Part shown: one piece after another, positions 37,304 to 48,750 of the stretch
Numbering within the stretch: position 1 is the first letter of the stretch
Layout of the letters: every line of letters starts with the position of its first letter
NCBI GenBank assembly: GCA_043228905.1
Contig: JBHGNT010000012.1
Location: forward strand, 5,270,001-5,334,000
Source: Azolla caroliniana
Taxonomy: Eukaryota; Plantae; Polypodiophyta
Direction of reading: 5' to 3'
Length of the DNA: 64,000 nt
Position numbers and translations under genes: made by a program
The notes under the pieces: model-generated
Database searches by the model: none
Seen by the model: only the letters and a program-made list of their open reading frames with translations
Told to the model about the DNA's origin: nothing

Positions 37304-40300
37304 TTTTTTTTTTTTCCAAAATAAAGCTACTTTCCCATTAGTTAGGAAGGATTATTACAAGGAGACTATACAAGGAAGCTTATACACAAAACGGGGAATC
37401 TCCCTCAGATCAAGATCAAGAAAATGAGACTACTTACATAGTTTTTCAAACTGACTACCTAAAATAAGTAGATACCTATACCTAAAAGCAGTGCCCTTTA
37501 GTGTCGGCTAGAATGAGCCGACTCCCGGGGTCTACATCGAAGGGAGGGAGGCGTGAAAGAAGGAAACAGCCATCGTGGGGGCTGGTAGTTCCACCTCGGT
37601 CCACTTTCTCCTAGCGTCACCAGAGGCGTGTTCCGCCATTTCTGCCAAAAGCGCAACCGGGCAGTGGCCACGTCATTGGAGTGGTTGCAAACCTCATCTA
37701 ATTGCCCTCGTAGGCTGATGATAAGCGCGAACCAGATATCCATGATCACTTCCTCTGGGGGTTGTACCCGATCTTGGAAAACCTTTAAGCATCGTGCTTT
37801 CCAGACATACCATAAGGTGAAGCCCGCGATCAACCTCCAAATTTCTAGGAACCTAGGGGATGCGGACAACAAGTCTCTCTCGAAGCGGATCTTGCCGATT
37901 TCGCCTCCCGTGCATACATAGCACCAAGTATCCGCATTAAAGGCGTCCGTCCACCTATCAGTCGAGTGGTCAATCCATGCTGCAACACTCCACGAGGCTG
38001 TTCCAACCACTTCACATGCCGCAAGGAGGCGAGTGACTCTGTCCCATACCTTTTGAGCTTGAGGGCAATCCCAAAGACAGTGTCTCAGAGACTCAATGGG
38101 TGAAGAGCAAAGTGGGCAACCTATCGGGCCGCCCCTTTTACTAAGCCATTCCCCAACAGGAAACACATTGTGACCAATCTGCCACCAAAAGAGCTTGATT
38201 TTTTCAGGCATGTGGAGATGCCAGAGACCCTTCCAAAAGGTAATGAGCACCTCGTCAAGGATGCCCAATGTTCGCCATCCATTACGAATGGGACCATCGA
38301 GCTACAGTTGTAAAGTCCGCCCCAATTTAGTGCTATATTCAAAGAAGTGGTAGAGTTTGTCACCATGTTTCCACCTGAAATCCCCTGGGTCCCATTCTAG
38401 TTCAACAAGCGGACGAGAACCATATACCCATAACTTCCAATGGGGTTCCACCTTAGTAACATCTGGGTCTGTCTTCCAAATGTTATCAACCTCCGCCACC
38501 ATTCGAACCGAAAGCCAAGTGCCCCTACTTTGCCTCTCCCCAAAAAATGTATCTCTTCCCAATCGACTCACACCCTTCACCAACTTAACCATTCCAGCCT
38601 CATCAAAGAGACCGAACCATGCATCTTCTCGCACATTCCCCAACGGAACCTTATCAACTGCCTCAGCTATCAGGCTCCGCATCTTCATAGCTCCCTTGAG
38701 GGGAGGGAATGGGTCCTCCTAGGCTCCCCTTGGAGAAACCATGCGTCTCCAATCGTTTATAGAGTGAAGCCCTGTCTGCGCCAACTTTCCCCATGCCAGG
38801 CCCTTAAGCTGCCCTAACATCATGTCATCGCTTGTTCGCACATGAGGATTCCAAAATAAAGGTTGTCTAGCCCATTCGATGAGTGTCTCTGGGGTGTGCT
38901 TGACCAAATGTTGTCGCACATGACACCACGCCCGCAAGATGGAGTTTGTTACCCTGTCCTCCTGTTGACAAGCCATCTTGGGTGGGACTCCACTCGTGCA
39001 ACACCAAGTTCAAGGAGATAGGCCAAGGCCTACCATACTTGGGAGTCCCTACTTGCAACCTATTGCGAAGTAGTATCTTCCAACACCCCTTACCTGGGAG
39101 AAGGCAACGAACAACCAATTTGGCTAGCAATGCACGGCTCTGTGTTAAGGGGTCTATGAGGCCAAGCCCCCCTTTGGCTCGTGGCTGCGTTAACCAACGC
39201 CATGACACTTTGGCAACAGCCATTGGGTTGTCCTTACCGGACCATATAAATCCCATGATGGCAGCCTTAATCGCATGCAAACCTACCAGGTCCATAATCC
39301 AACATGAGACCGAGTGCCACATGGTGGCGAGCATCACTTGGTTCGCAATAAGGACCCTACCAGCGAAGGATAATTTAGATCTACTCCATTGGTTCAGCTT
39401 CTTGCTTATTTTGGCTTGCACAAGGGACAGTTGCGCTCCCTTGGGAATTCCCCTCCCCATAGTAAATCCTAGATACTTGAACGTCGTCCCGTTAGTGACC
39501 CATGTAAAATCGGCATGGGGATGCCACCTTGGTTTCTCTTGTTCGCTGAACCAAAGGCCTTGGGTTTTATCCCAATTGACCTTGGCACCAACAGCCTAAC
39601 AAAAGTCCTCGACTAGATGTTCAGCCTGTTGCAAATTCTCCTCATCACCTTGGAGGAAGAGGACCGTATCATCAACATATTCGGATAGAAGAAGATCTTC
39701 ACTCGCATTAGGGATGGGCAATCCTCTCAATCCGTTGCTTGGGGCTTGTAAGTAGGAAGAGAACGCCTCGGTTACGAATAGATAAAGATATGGGGCTAGG
39801 GGACAGCCTTGCCTCACTGAGCGTTGTAGTTTGAAGGAAGGGCCCCTAGCACCCGCGATCAGCACACTACTGGTAGCAGTCCGGTAGAGGGTAGAAGTGC
39901 ATTTCCTCCATTTTTGGGGTAGGTGTAGAAAGTAGCGTGCGGAAGCAAGTATGAAGACCGAACAGAAGGAAGGAAACTCAGGTTTAATGGAGAGCTTGAG
40001 CTTACACGGTATACGCGGGAGAGACAGAGAGAGTGAGAGAGAAGACACAAAAAATGTATTCAACAATAATACTCAGTCTGTGTACATAAGACGTGCTCAG
40101 TGAGCACTTTTATACAAGTCCTAGAAGGACTGACCGAAGTACTGACAGTACTTCAATGCTCATCAAGAGCTCCTACACTAACTCCCAAATATATTCCTCA
40201 CGGAATATCTTTCCTAACGACCTCCCGGTGTACGCACTCGGCCTAACCGATCATCCCAACCGATCCGGTCCTCGGCTTCTTCAGCCGAACCGGCCGATGT

Positions 40301-43300
40301 TGAGCTTGTCTCTCAACACTCCCCCTCAAGCTCAACTTGAGGCTCTTCGGGATCCTCGGGCACACAGCTCCGGTTCCTCTTGGCTTCACGCCTTGCTCGC
40401 GCTCCTCGACCTGTTCGACTCCGCGTGCTTCGACCCTTCCGGTCGGCTTGTCTGCTCATGCGGCCCTTAGCTCTTCTGCTGTTGCGGTGTTGACACTTCT
40501 CCTACTGCCTTTTCTTCCGCTTGGGCCTCGGTTGATTCAGCGTGTCTGAATCAAACATCCGAACCGACTCAGCTACCTCCGATCGGTTTTCGCTCTCGTC
40601 CGAGTTGGCTGTCTCCAACTTGTCTTCGGTCTTCTCGCCCTCGATGGCGTTATCTCCCCCATGCGTGGTTGGCATCGGCTCTCTCCTTCGGCTGCTCCCC
40701 TTCTGTCCGCTTTCGGACTTTTCCGTGGGTCCGCCCTCGGCTTCTTCAGCCGATCCGAACTCGAACTCAACAACCGAGTCTACCGACTCGGACTCGGTGT
40801 CACGGTCTCCGCTCGTTTCCCACTGCCTTGCTTGGTCATTCGGGATTGTTCTCCCCCTCAAGTTCGGCACGTCAAGGTGACGCAACCCGAGCGCACCTGA
40901 GAATTGCCGCAACTTGTCCAGACCAAGAGGCTTGGTGAAGATGTCGGCAGTCTGTCGATCTGTCGGCACGTACTGAAGTTCGACTTCACCGGAAAGGACA
41001 CGCTCACGGACGAAATGGTAGTGCACCTCAAGGTGCTTGTCCGTGCATGGAAAACGGGGTTCTTCGCGAGCTAGATGCTGCTGAGGTTGTCGCAGTAGAT
41101 CGTCGTTGGATCTGACACCTCCACTTGCAGATCCTTAAGTAGTCGCTTCAACCATATGGCTTCGCATGTCATGACAGCCGCTCCTCAGTACTCAGCTTCG
41201 GTGCTCGACAGGGAAACTGTCGGCTGCTTCTTACTACTCCACGCGATCGCGGCATTCCCGACGGAGAACGCGTATCCAGACATGGATCGGCGATCGGCGG
41301 CGTTGCCAGCCCAATCAGCATCGGTGTAGCCGACTAACTGCGCGGTTGCACCGGTCCGATATAGCAGTCCTCGGTCCTTAGTGCCGCTTACGTACCGAAG
41401 TACGCGTTGCGCACACTGAAGGTGCTCCTCGGTAGGTCGCGCCATGAACTGACTAATCACTCCGACCGGATAACTGAGGTCGGGTCGGGTGATGGTCAAG
41501 TATATGAGGCTACCGACAATTTGTCGGAACCTCGTCGGGTCGCATACCTTTCCCGTATCAGGACGAAGCTTGACGGTTCTGTCCAGAGGAGTCGAGATGG
41601 ACTTACAGTCGGCCATCCCGAGTTTGAAGAGCATACTCGGCACGTAATGATGTTGGCTGATCAATATGCCTTCGGCGGTATGGATCACTTCGATCCCGAG
41701 GAAGTAATGAAGGTCCCCCAGATCCTTCATGTCGAACGATGCCGCAAGCTGGAGCTTCACGCGGTCGATTTCACCTAGGTCGGCGCCGGTGATGACCAAG
41801 TCCGACTCGACCTTAAGTAGCGTGCGGAAGCAAGTATGAAGACCGAACAGAAGGAAGGAAACTCGGGTTTAATGGAGAGCTTGAGCTTACACGGTATACG
41901 CGGGAGAGGCAGAGAGAGTGAGAGATAAGACACAAAAAATGTATTCAACAATAATACTCAGTCTGTGTACATAAGACGTGCTCAGTGAGCACTTTTATAC
42001 AAGTCCTAGAAGGACTGACCGAAGTACTGACAGTACTTCAATGCTCATCAAGAGCTCCTACACTAACTCCCAAATATATTCCTCACGGAATATCTTTCCT
42101 AACGACCTCCCGGTGTACGCACTCAGCCTAACCGATCGGTCCCAACCGATCTGGTCCTCGGCTTCTTCAGCCGAACCGGCCGATGTTGAGCTTGTCTCTC
42201 AACAGTAGGCCCATAGCTCTCATCACGTTTTCCAAGAAGGGCCAAAGGACCCTATCGTATGCCTTCTCGAAGTCAAGCATCAAAATAGCCGAGCTCGAGA
42301 CGGACTGATCAGCCAATGCCATGGCTTCCCAGAGAAGCAACACATTATCAAAGATACACCTGCTCCTAATAAACCCTGTTTGATTCTCATGTATAATGTC
42401 CGGTAAGAAGCTTGCTAACCGTCGCGCGAGGACTTTTGCCAGAATCTTGTAAATCATGTTAAGGATCGTTATAGGACGCCATTGGCGCAACTCCAGGCTT
42501 CGTTCTACCGCTTTGGGAATGAGATAGATCATCCCCTCAGCCAGCCCGGTCGGCATCGTTCTCGAGGACCAAATCTCTTGAACCCTGGCTTCCAAGGACG
42601 GGATAACAATGTCCCAATGGATCTCGAAAAAATCTCATGAGAGACCATCGGGGTCGGGGCATGCTTATCTCTGCAAATCCCTGAGTGCCTCCGAGAGTTC
42701 TATATGAGAAATGGGGCTATCGAGCACCATTTCCATCTCTTGGGATACCTTGGGGTGAATGCAAGTCATCACCCTATCAGCTAGCTCTACGTTTTGCCTC
42801 ATATGCACAGGTGCAAGTAGGTCTTGATAGTATTGCGTTGCCATATGCAAAATCTCATCCTTGTCCTCCGTAATTGAGCCGTCTGGTTTGCGCAACTGTT
42901 GTATACGTCTACCACCACCCTTGGGAGCCTTGTAATGAAAGAAATGTCAGTTGACCCTATCGTCTATTCTAGCCCACCATGCCGCGGTCCTTCGAAATAA
43001 CATTCGGTTCCTCTCCTCCGTCCTTTCCCGAACCTTCATCTTGGCTTCCTCTAGCTTAGATCTAGACCAAATGCAGCCAGGGTCTGCTTGTAGCAAGCCT
43101 TGCGCTGCCGCAATGGACTTCCTTAATTTTATTTCAATGGCTCTGACCTGTTGGAGGGCCCGCTTGGTCTCTTGCTGTAAAAAGGAGGAGAGGGCCAGTT
43201 TTTTCTGCAAATCCTCACTAACCGATTCTCTTACAATGGTCTCCCGCCATATACTCTGTAGACCCGCCTTCACCTTTTCACTCTTCATGATCTTTGTGGG

Positions 43301-43661
43301 GATTTTCATGTTGAGACTCCCGTGGGTGCCGTTGGGTGGGTTAAGGTCTAGTCTCATCGGTTGGTGATCAGAGAAGGTAAGGCCTGCCAAGATAGTGAAG
43401 GAGCCCCCCAACTCCTCAAGGGACGAGCTGATGTATATGCGGTCTAACCATGCAAGGCTACCACCCCTAACATTCACGGCGGCTCTCGAGAAGTGTAGCG
43501 AATGTGAGCATCTCATAAGGGAAGAGCCCCATGTATATTTCACCCCGATTTTGCCAATTAAGAGAGCCCATGAGTCCAGCTCTGCACCATGAATTGGTCT
43601 TTGGGTCCCCCCTTTCCTGTCACCCAGATGTTCAGTCATGTTGAAATCACCAGCCAATATC
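37304..43661 (-). mobile_element. L1-clade LINE, 5'-truncated in the endonuclease, with poly(A) tail and 103-bp TSD; split by Copia C
   Basis: Poly(T) at 37302-37315. zf-RVT CPLC..ESLRHCLWDC. RT motifs WRPITIL, DFEKAYDRV, RQGCPLAP and YVDDT. EN motifs ILAGDFN and SDHQP. Flanks 37201-37303 and 43662-43764 are duplicated. Confidence 0.95.
39924..42204 (-). mobile_element. Ty1/Copia element C, with gag, PR, INT and most of RT deleted
   Basis: Perfect TSD GTAGG. LTRs 39924-40318 and 41815-42204, the latter missing its last 6 nt and the PBS. PPT at 40319-40328. Remaining coding sequence runs DLVITG...YTDADWAG...HYHFVRE. Confidence 0.94.
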
Positions 43662-44671
43662 CTCAACAATCGTGCATGTAACATCTCTAAGAGATGCAAG
43701 AGAATATACATTGTATCGACACTCTTCTATGGATTAAAAAGACCTAGATTGATTAAATAAAGTTATTTCTACAAATATGCAATGTATGTGAATATTAATT
43801 GCAAATATTGTACCCTTATGGAATGACATCGATGACACATATAGGAAGCACAATTGAGTAACATGATTCACAATGTATTTTGGATCGCATACATAAATGT
43901 TTTCTTGGACAATGGAATCTAGAATCAAGTCATAGGCCTTACTAGTATGTTGATCTTAAACGTATAGCATGATTTGGGTATATGAAGCTCAAGCATAGTG
44001 CAAGAGAGCCATGTTTTAACATAAATTTTAAATGAGCTCTTATATATGCCAAGCTAGTTGAGGATATTTTAGGAGAGACAAAGGTTCAAAATGGTGGAAC
44101 ACTACAATGGAAATGGGAACCTTCTAAGAAAGTCATTTTCTCATCTATACAAAGAAATGTTTTCGAGTTAAGCTTGTGCCTTGCAAAGGCACCAACAAAT
44201 GTAACTCAACAAAAAATCGTTTGATAAGAAGAAACTCAAAAGCACTTTATGACTTTAGACCTAGTCAAAGTTAAAGAAGGTATAAAAATCTTCATATATA
44301 CAATAAATTTATTCAAAGGAGGAGAGGAATATGGGAAGTTAATTGATTATTTCTTTACGTGTAAGAGAAAACAAACGTATATGGTAAAATTTGAAGAAAC
44401 CTTAAAAGGTGTCAAGAATTATCGCAACTTAACTCTTATAGACTTATGTATTGATTGCAAGAACTTACATGAGTAATAAAATATAGGCAAGATTATGTGT
44501 TTTGGTTCTATGTGCACATTTTTTACTACTTTACTATTGCAAATGTATATGGCTTAAGAAATTGTCCAATCATAAGGTAGGAGATCTTGAAGGTATCAAG
44601 ATTGAATTGCTCAAACAGATGGGATGTTGGAGTTATATATAATATGTTGAAACAAAAATGATGTAAACTTA

Positions 44672-46671
44672 GGAAATTGGTAAATTCACAGTTTTTTTTG
44701 TATTTTCACAGTTTTTTTTTGTATTTTCACAGTTCTTTTTGTATTTTCATAGTTTCTCAGTATTTTCACAGTTTTTTTTTTTTAGTTAAAAAAGGTTTAT
44801 TAAGATTTGGAGCATGTTCTAGCATTGTGTCCAGGCTCTCCACACTTTGAGCACTTTCGCCCCTCTACATATCCAAAATGAGATTTGTCCCTTCTAATTG
44901 AAGCTCCCTTATTTTTGGCACCCACTGGTCTTCTTTTTTTGCGCTGAAGAGGTTGAATATCCTGAATTTCTTTGGTTGGATCATCCAAAACACTTTGAAT
45001 ACGATTAATAAATGATGACGAATGAGTCTGAGGATTGTTGTACAACTCATTATGTAATCTCTCAATAAGATTTTTTCTTGGTGAAATATTTTGACTCAAA
45101 CTAACATTGGTAATGGCTCTAGAAGATGCATTCAATTCTAAGAGCCATTGAGAGTCAATATATGCATCAGTTAGTACTTGACCTTCTTCGACCAGCTCCC
45201 TTATTGTGTGTTTGCAAGGTAATCCCAATGTTCCAGTGACGCTTTGGGTGCAAACCTCTTTCATTTCCTCTTCATTCAATGATTTCTTGTACTATTTAAG
45301 TATTTCGTCCAATGCAAACAAAGACAACTTCTTTTGCAGTGGTTTTAACAACCCAAATTTGTGTCTATCACAAACAATCAAATTTTGACGTTCAATTTCT
45401 TTTGAAATCTCGGCAGTCTGATTTTTCCAAAACAAATTGAGATTCTTTACCACTTTCGGTAAATTTCGTTTCCCATTTTTTATGTAACTTTTTAAGACCC
45501 GATGACTACCTTCAGCATGAGATGTAGTGACAAAATAAAAATGATGTATATCCTTTACGTAACAAGTTACAAACCTTTCTTTCCAAGGTAACCACATTTG
45601 AAGTATATACTCATATGCATCTGGATTTGTGATCTTGTATATCGAAAAATCATTCATATTTTGATTGAATTCGTTCACAGTTGATGAATAGAATAATTCC
45701 TTCCATCTTTGTAGAAATATTTTCCATTCGTCTTCTTTCTTGAAAAATCCTTTACATTTGGAACCAACGTTTTTGTTAATGTGCCATATGGAGAGGACAT
45801 TTTTACACATAGGGAATGTCACCGCAATAGCATTCATCAGTGCCAGTTCTCGGTCTGTTGCTATTACTCTTGGACTGACAATTGAGCTAAATTCCCTTAA
45901 CGCCCATTTGTATGATTCTTCCTGCTCATTAGGAAGAAATGCAACAACGGCATTGAAAGTCTGATTCGTACACGCAATTCCCACGAAATTTAGTAAGGGC
46001 ATGCCAAATTTGTTAGTCTTGTATGTGCAGTCCAACAAGAAAACCCCATCAAATCTTTTAGCAAGCTTTACAACTTCATTGAACGCCAAAAATAATCCAT
46101 TAACTCTGGCGTCGTCATCCAAGCGCAGCTTACTAGTGTATTCTGGGGACGCGATAATATCTGACAATGTTTCCAATGGAGATCTGCCCTCTAAAAAATC
46201 TCTTTTAACACCCTTTACGGCGTTGTATACTTCTTGGATTGAAGCATTATTTTGGGACTCTTTTTTCAAAGAACTAAGTATCTCCTTCGTTTCAACATTA
46301 GATTCGTACATCGATTGAACTTTTATCTTACTTTCACCATCTAATTTCCTATATTTCGAATGGCCAATCAAACTATCAAGTATTTCATGGTTGTGGTCAC
46401 CTGAAATCTTTCGAACATACCAAATGCCTTTTTTGCACCCACAAATGATTTCAAATGTGCAACCTGTTAGCCTGGATCCCTTTTTCCTTTTCTGATCACC
46501 ATCGTTGGTCTCCTTGACCTTTGGTTCTCCACCCAAATCACACTTCAACTCGACTCTGTTATAAGTAGATCTTTTCATTGTTAAAACAACACCTTTTTGA
46601 ACATATTCTGCTTTGAGAGCTTCAATCATAGCTTCTTTGGAAGAATACCCAGATTCCATCCCCCAAAAAAA

Positions 46672-46707
<36 letters not shown>

Positions 46708-46916
46708 GAGCTTCAATTAGACACACACACACACACACACACACAGAAATGCATAATATGCAGGGAGGGAGCCGTTACTGTGAGCGAGCGAGCGAGTAAT
46801 GTTCGCGCCTCTGTTTATAACATATATAAACTGTGAGTGAGCACACAAATAATCATATTTCTCAACTAAAAAAAATTTGTGAAAATACCAAAAAAACTGT
46901 GAATTTACCAATTTCC
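44672..46916 (-). mobile_element. Mutator-like (MULE) DNA transposon
   Basis: TIRs GGAAATTGGTAAATTCACAGTTTTTTT..GTATTTTCACA and its reverse complement ending at 46916. 8-bp TSD TAAACTTA. About 20-bp sub-repeats lie in the left terminus. Confidence 0.92.
44800..46659 (-). pseudogene. MULE transposase (FAR1-like DBD, MULE DDE domain, SWIM-like motif, CCHC knuckle), split near 45285
   Basis: Motifs LLDCTYKTNKFGMPL, IATDRELALMNAI, WHINKNV, GLPCKH and CSKCGEPGHNARTC. Probable ATG at 46659. Confidence 0.88.
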
Positions 46917-47099
46917 TAAACTTATGTACGTTGATTTTGTCATAGTTATGTACTAGGGTGTGACTAAATAGTCGTTAATCATGTCTCGTCCATGGAAACA
47001 CAAGATCTTTTCAATATTATATAGTTATTTCTATTATATAATTTGTATAATTTGTTTATTATTGGTTTAATAATGCCTAATTAATTTCAATACAACCTC

Positions 47100-48660
47100 T
47101 CAAGAGAATAATCAAAACTCTATATTTCTTTTCTTGTGTTTTTTTGTGTGAAGTTGAGTACTCTTGTCTTCTTGCAACAAAGGATATAATTGCAACTTGG
47201 ATCTAGTTTTGTGAGGAAGTCTATCCGACATCCACATTGAGATTGATGCAATGAACTTTAACTTTATTGTCTTCTTCTTTGATTAGTTCTCTAAGGAAGT
47301 GATGCTTGAATATGACATGTTTGATGTTGCTTATCTTTAGATTTGTGTGTGTTATGCACAACTACTTGTCACAATTTAGCTCCAAGGTTGGGAATTCAAA
47401 CAAATTTATTCTTTCAAGTATTGCACTAATCGAAGATTCCTTCTTTTTGCAGATAGAGCAACTATAATGTACTCGTCTTCTAGTGATGATAAGGCTACTA
47501 TTATCTACTTTTTGGATCTCCAAGAAAATCTTCTAGATGTTAATCTTAACCACTAATAAGTTTATGATTATCCACATCTCTCCTAGTTAGAATAAATCCA
47601 AATGTTGAATTTCAATGATGGATTAGTCCAACCACTAAATGCAACACTGGATGAGTCAAATTGTGTGGATGAATAGGTGATACCTAAATCTTTGTGGTTT
47701 AGATATCTGAGGGAACATTTTAGAGCTTGTCGATATTTTAGTGTATGGTTAACCATGAATCATATTAAGAAACTTGACTAAAACATAAGACACCTAATAC
47801 ATCCAATCACTTTCTTAGATGGTGCATCATGTATTTCAAGTGATTCTTTCATGGTTTTAGGAGCATCTTATATGGATGACTTTCAATTGGTGATAAGTTG
47901 GGTTGATGTGGGCTTGCATCGTGTTGTATCAAAACATTTAGAATGATAGTTATATATTGGGATTGAGATAGGGAAATTGTGATTGCCAACTCATCATGTA
48001 TGACACTTCCTTTGAAAGTAAATTTTCTATTGTTGTGTCATAAATTTTGTGAGCATTGTAACCATGAGCATTACCATAATCAAGGAATGTGGTTTTATTT
48101 GCCAGGCCAGTTGGCATCCCTCCTGAGGACCAAATCTCAATCCCAATAAAACCACATTCCTTCTCTTCTTTTTGGGTACATATGCATATGTGGGAAAAGA
48201 AAATAAATTGAGATCTTTTAGGTGAGATGTGTGTCAATACCATTGTTCACACAATGTCTTCAATCTTATTGATCGATCATAAACTCTATTTTATAGGTAT
48301 CTTGTTTCAATAGTTTCTTCCCAAATGATGGGAGCTTGTCTGGAAACTTGTAAGATGCCCCTCAGCGCTCGCAATATCGAAAACTTCAGTTCTTTCTTTC
48401 TTCACCGTTAGTTTGTAAGTATTGGATGGATATTTGTGTGATGTTTCAAATAATCTTGTACAATCCTTGAAGGCTTGAAATGCTTGATCTTTTGTTTTTT
48501 GAAATGGTAATATAAGGAACCAATTATATTCATCAATAAGGTTTATAAAATATTGTTATCCAATAATTAATTTTGTAAGGAATCCTCCACAAAATTCACT
48601 GTATACTACTTGTAATTAATGTTGTCTTTTCCTTTGTCAAAATGGAAAGGGTATCAAACA
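47100..48660 (-). mobile_element. Heavily degraded Ty1/Copia remnant; boundaries approximate
   Basis: Minus strand carries SWRSKK..IVALSSLE.EY (RNase H-like) at about 47470-47530 and integrase-like fragments at 48250-48650. Confidence 0.55.
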
Positions 48661-48750
48661 TTTTATTTTGTAGTTGATGAGGAGAGATAGAGAAAGATAG
48701 AGAAGAGAAGAGGAAGAGCAAGGAATACTTTAATATACTATGTACTTGTT

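Noticed and set aside
42947-43711. 254-aa ORF as an intact endonuclease gene
   Set aside because: Its first ~17 codons come from the duplicated target site fused to a 5'-truncated L1 EN domain.
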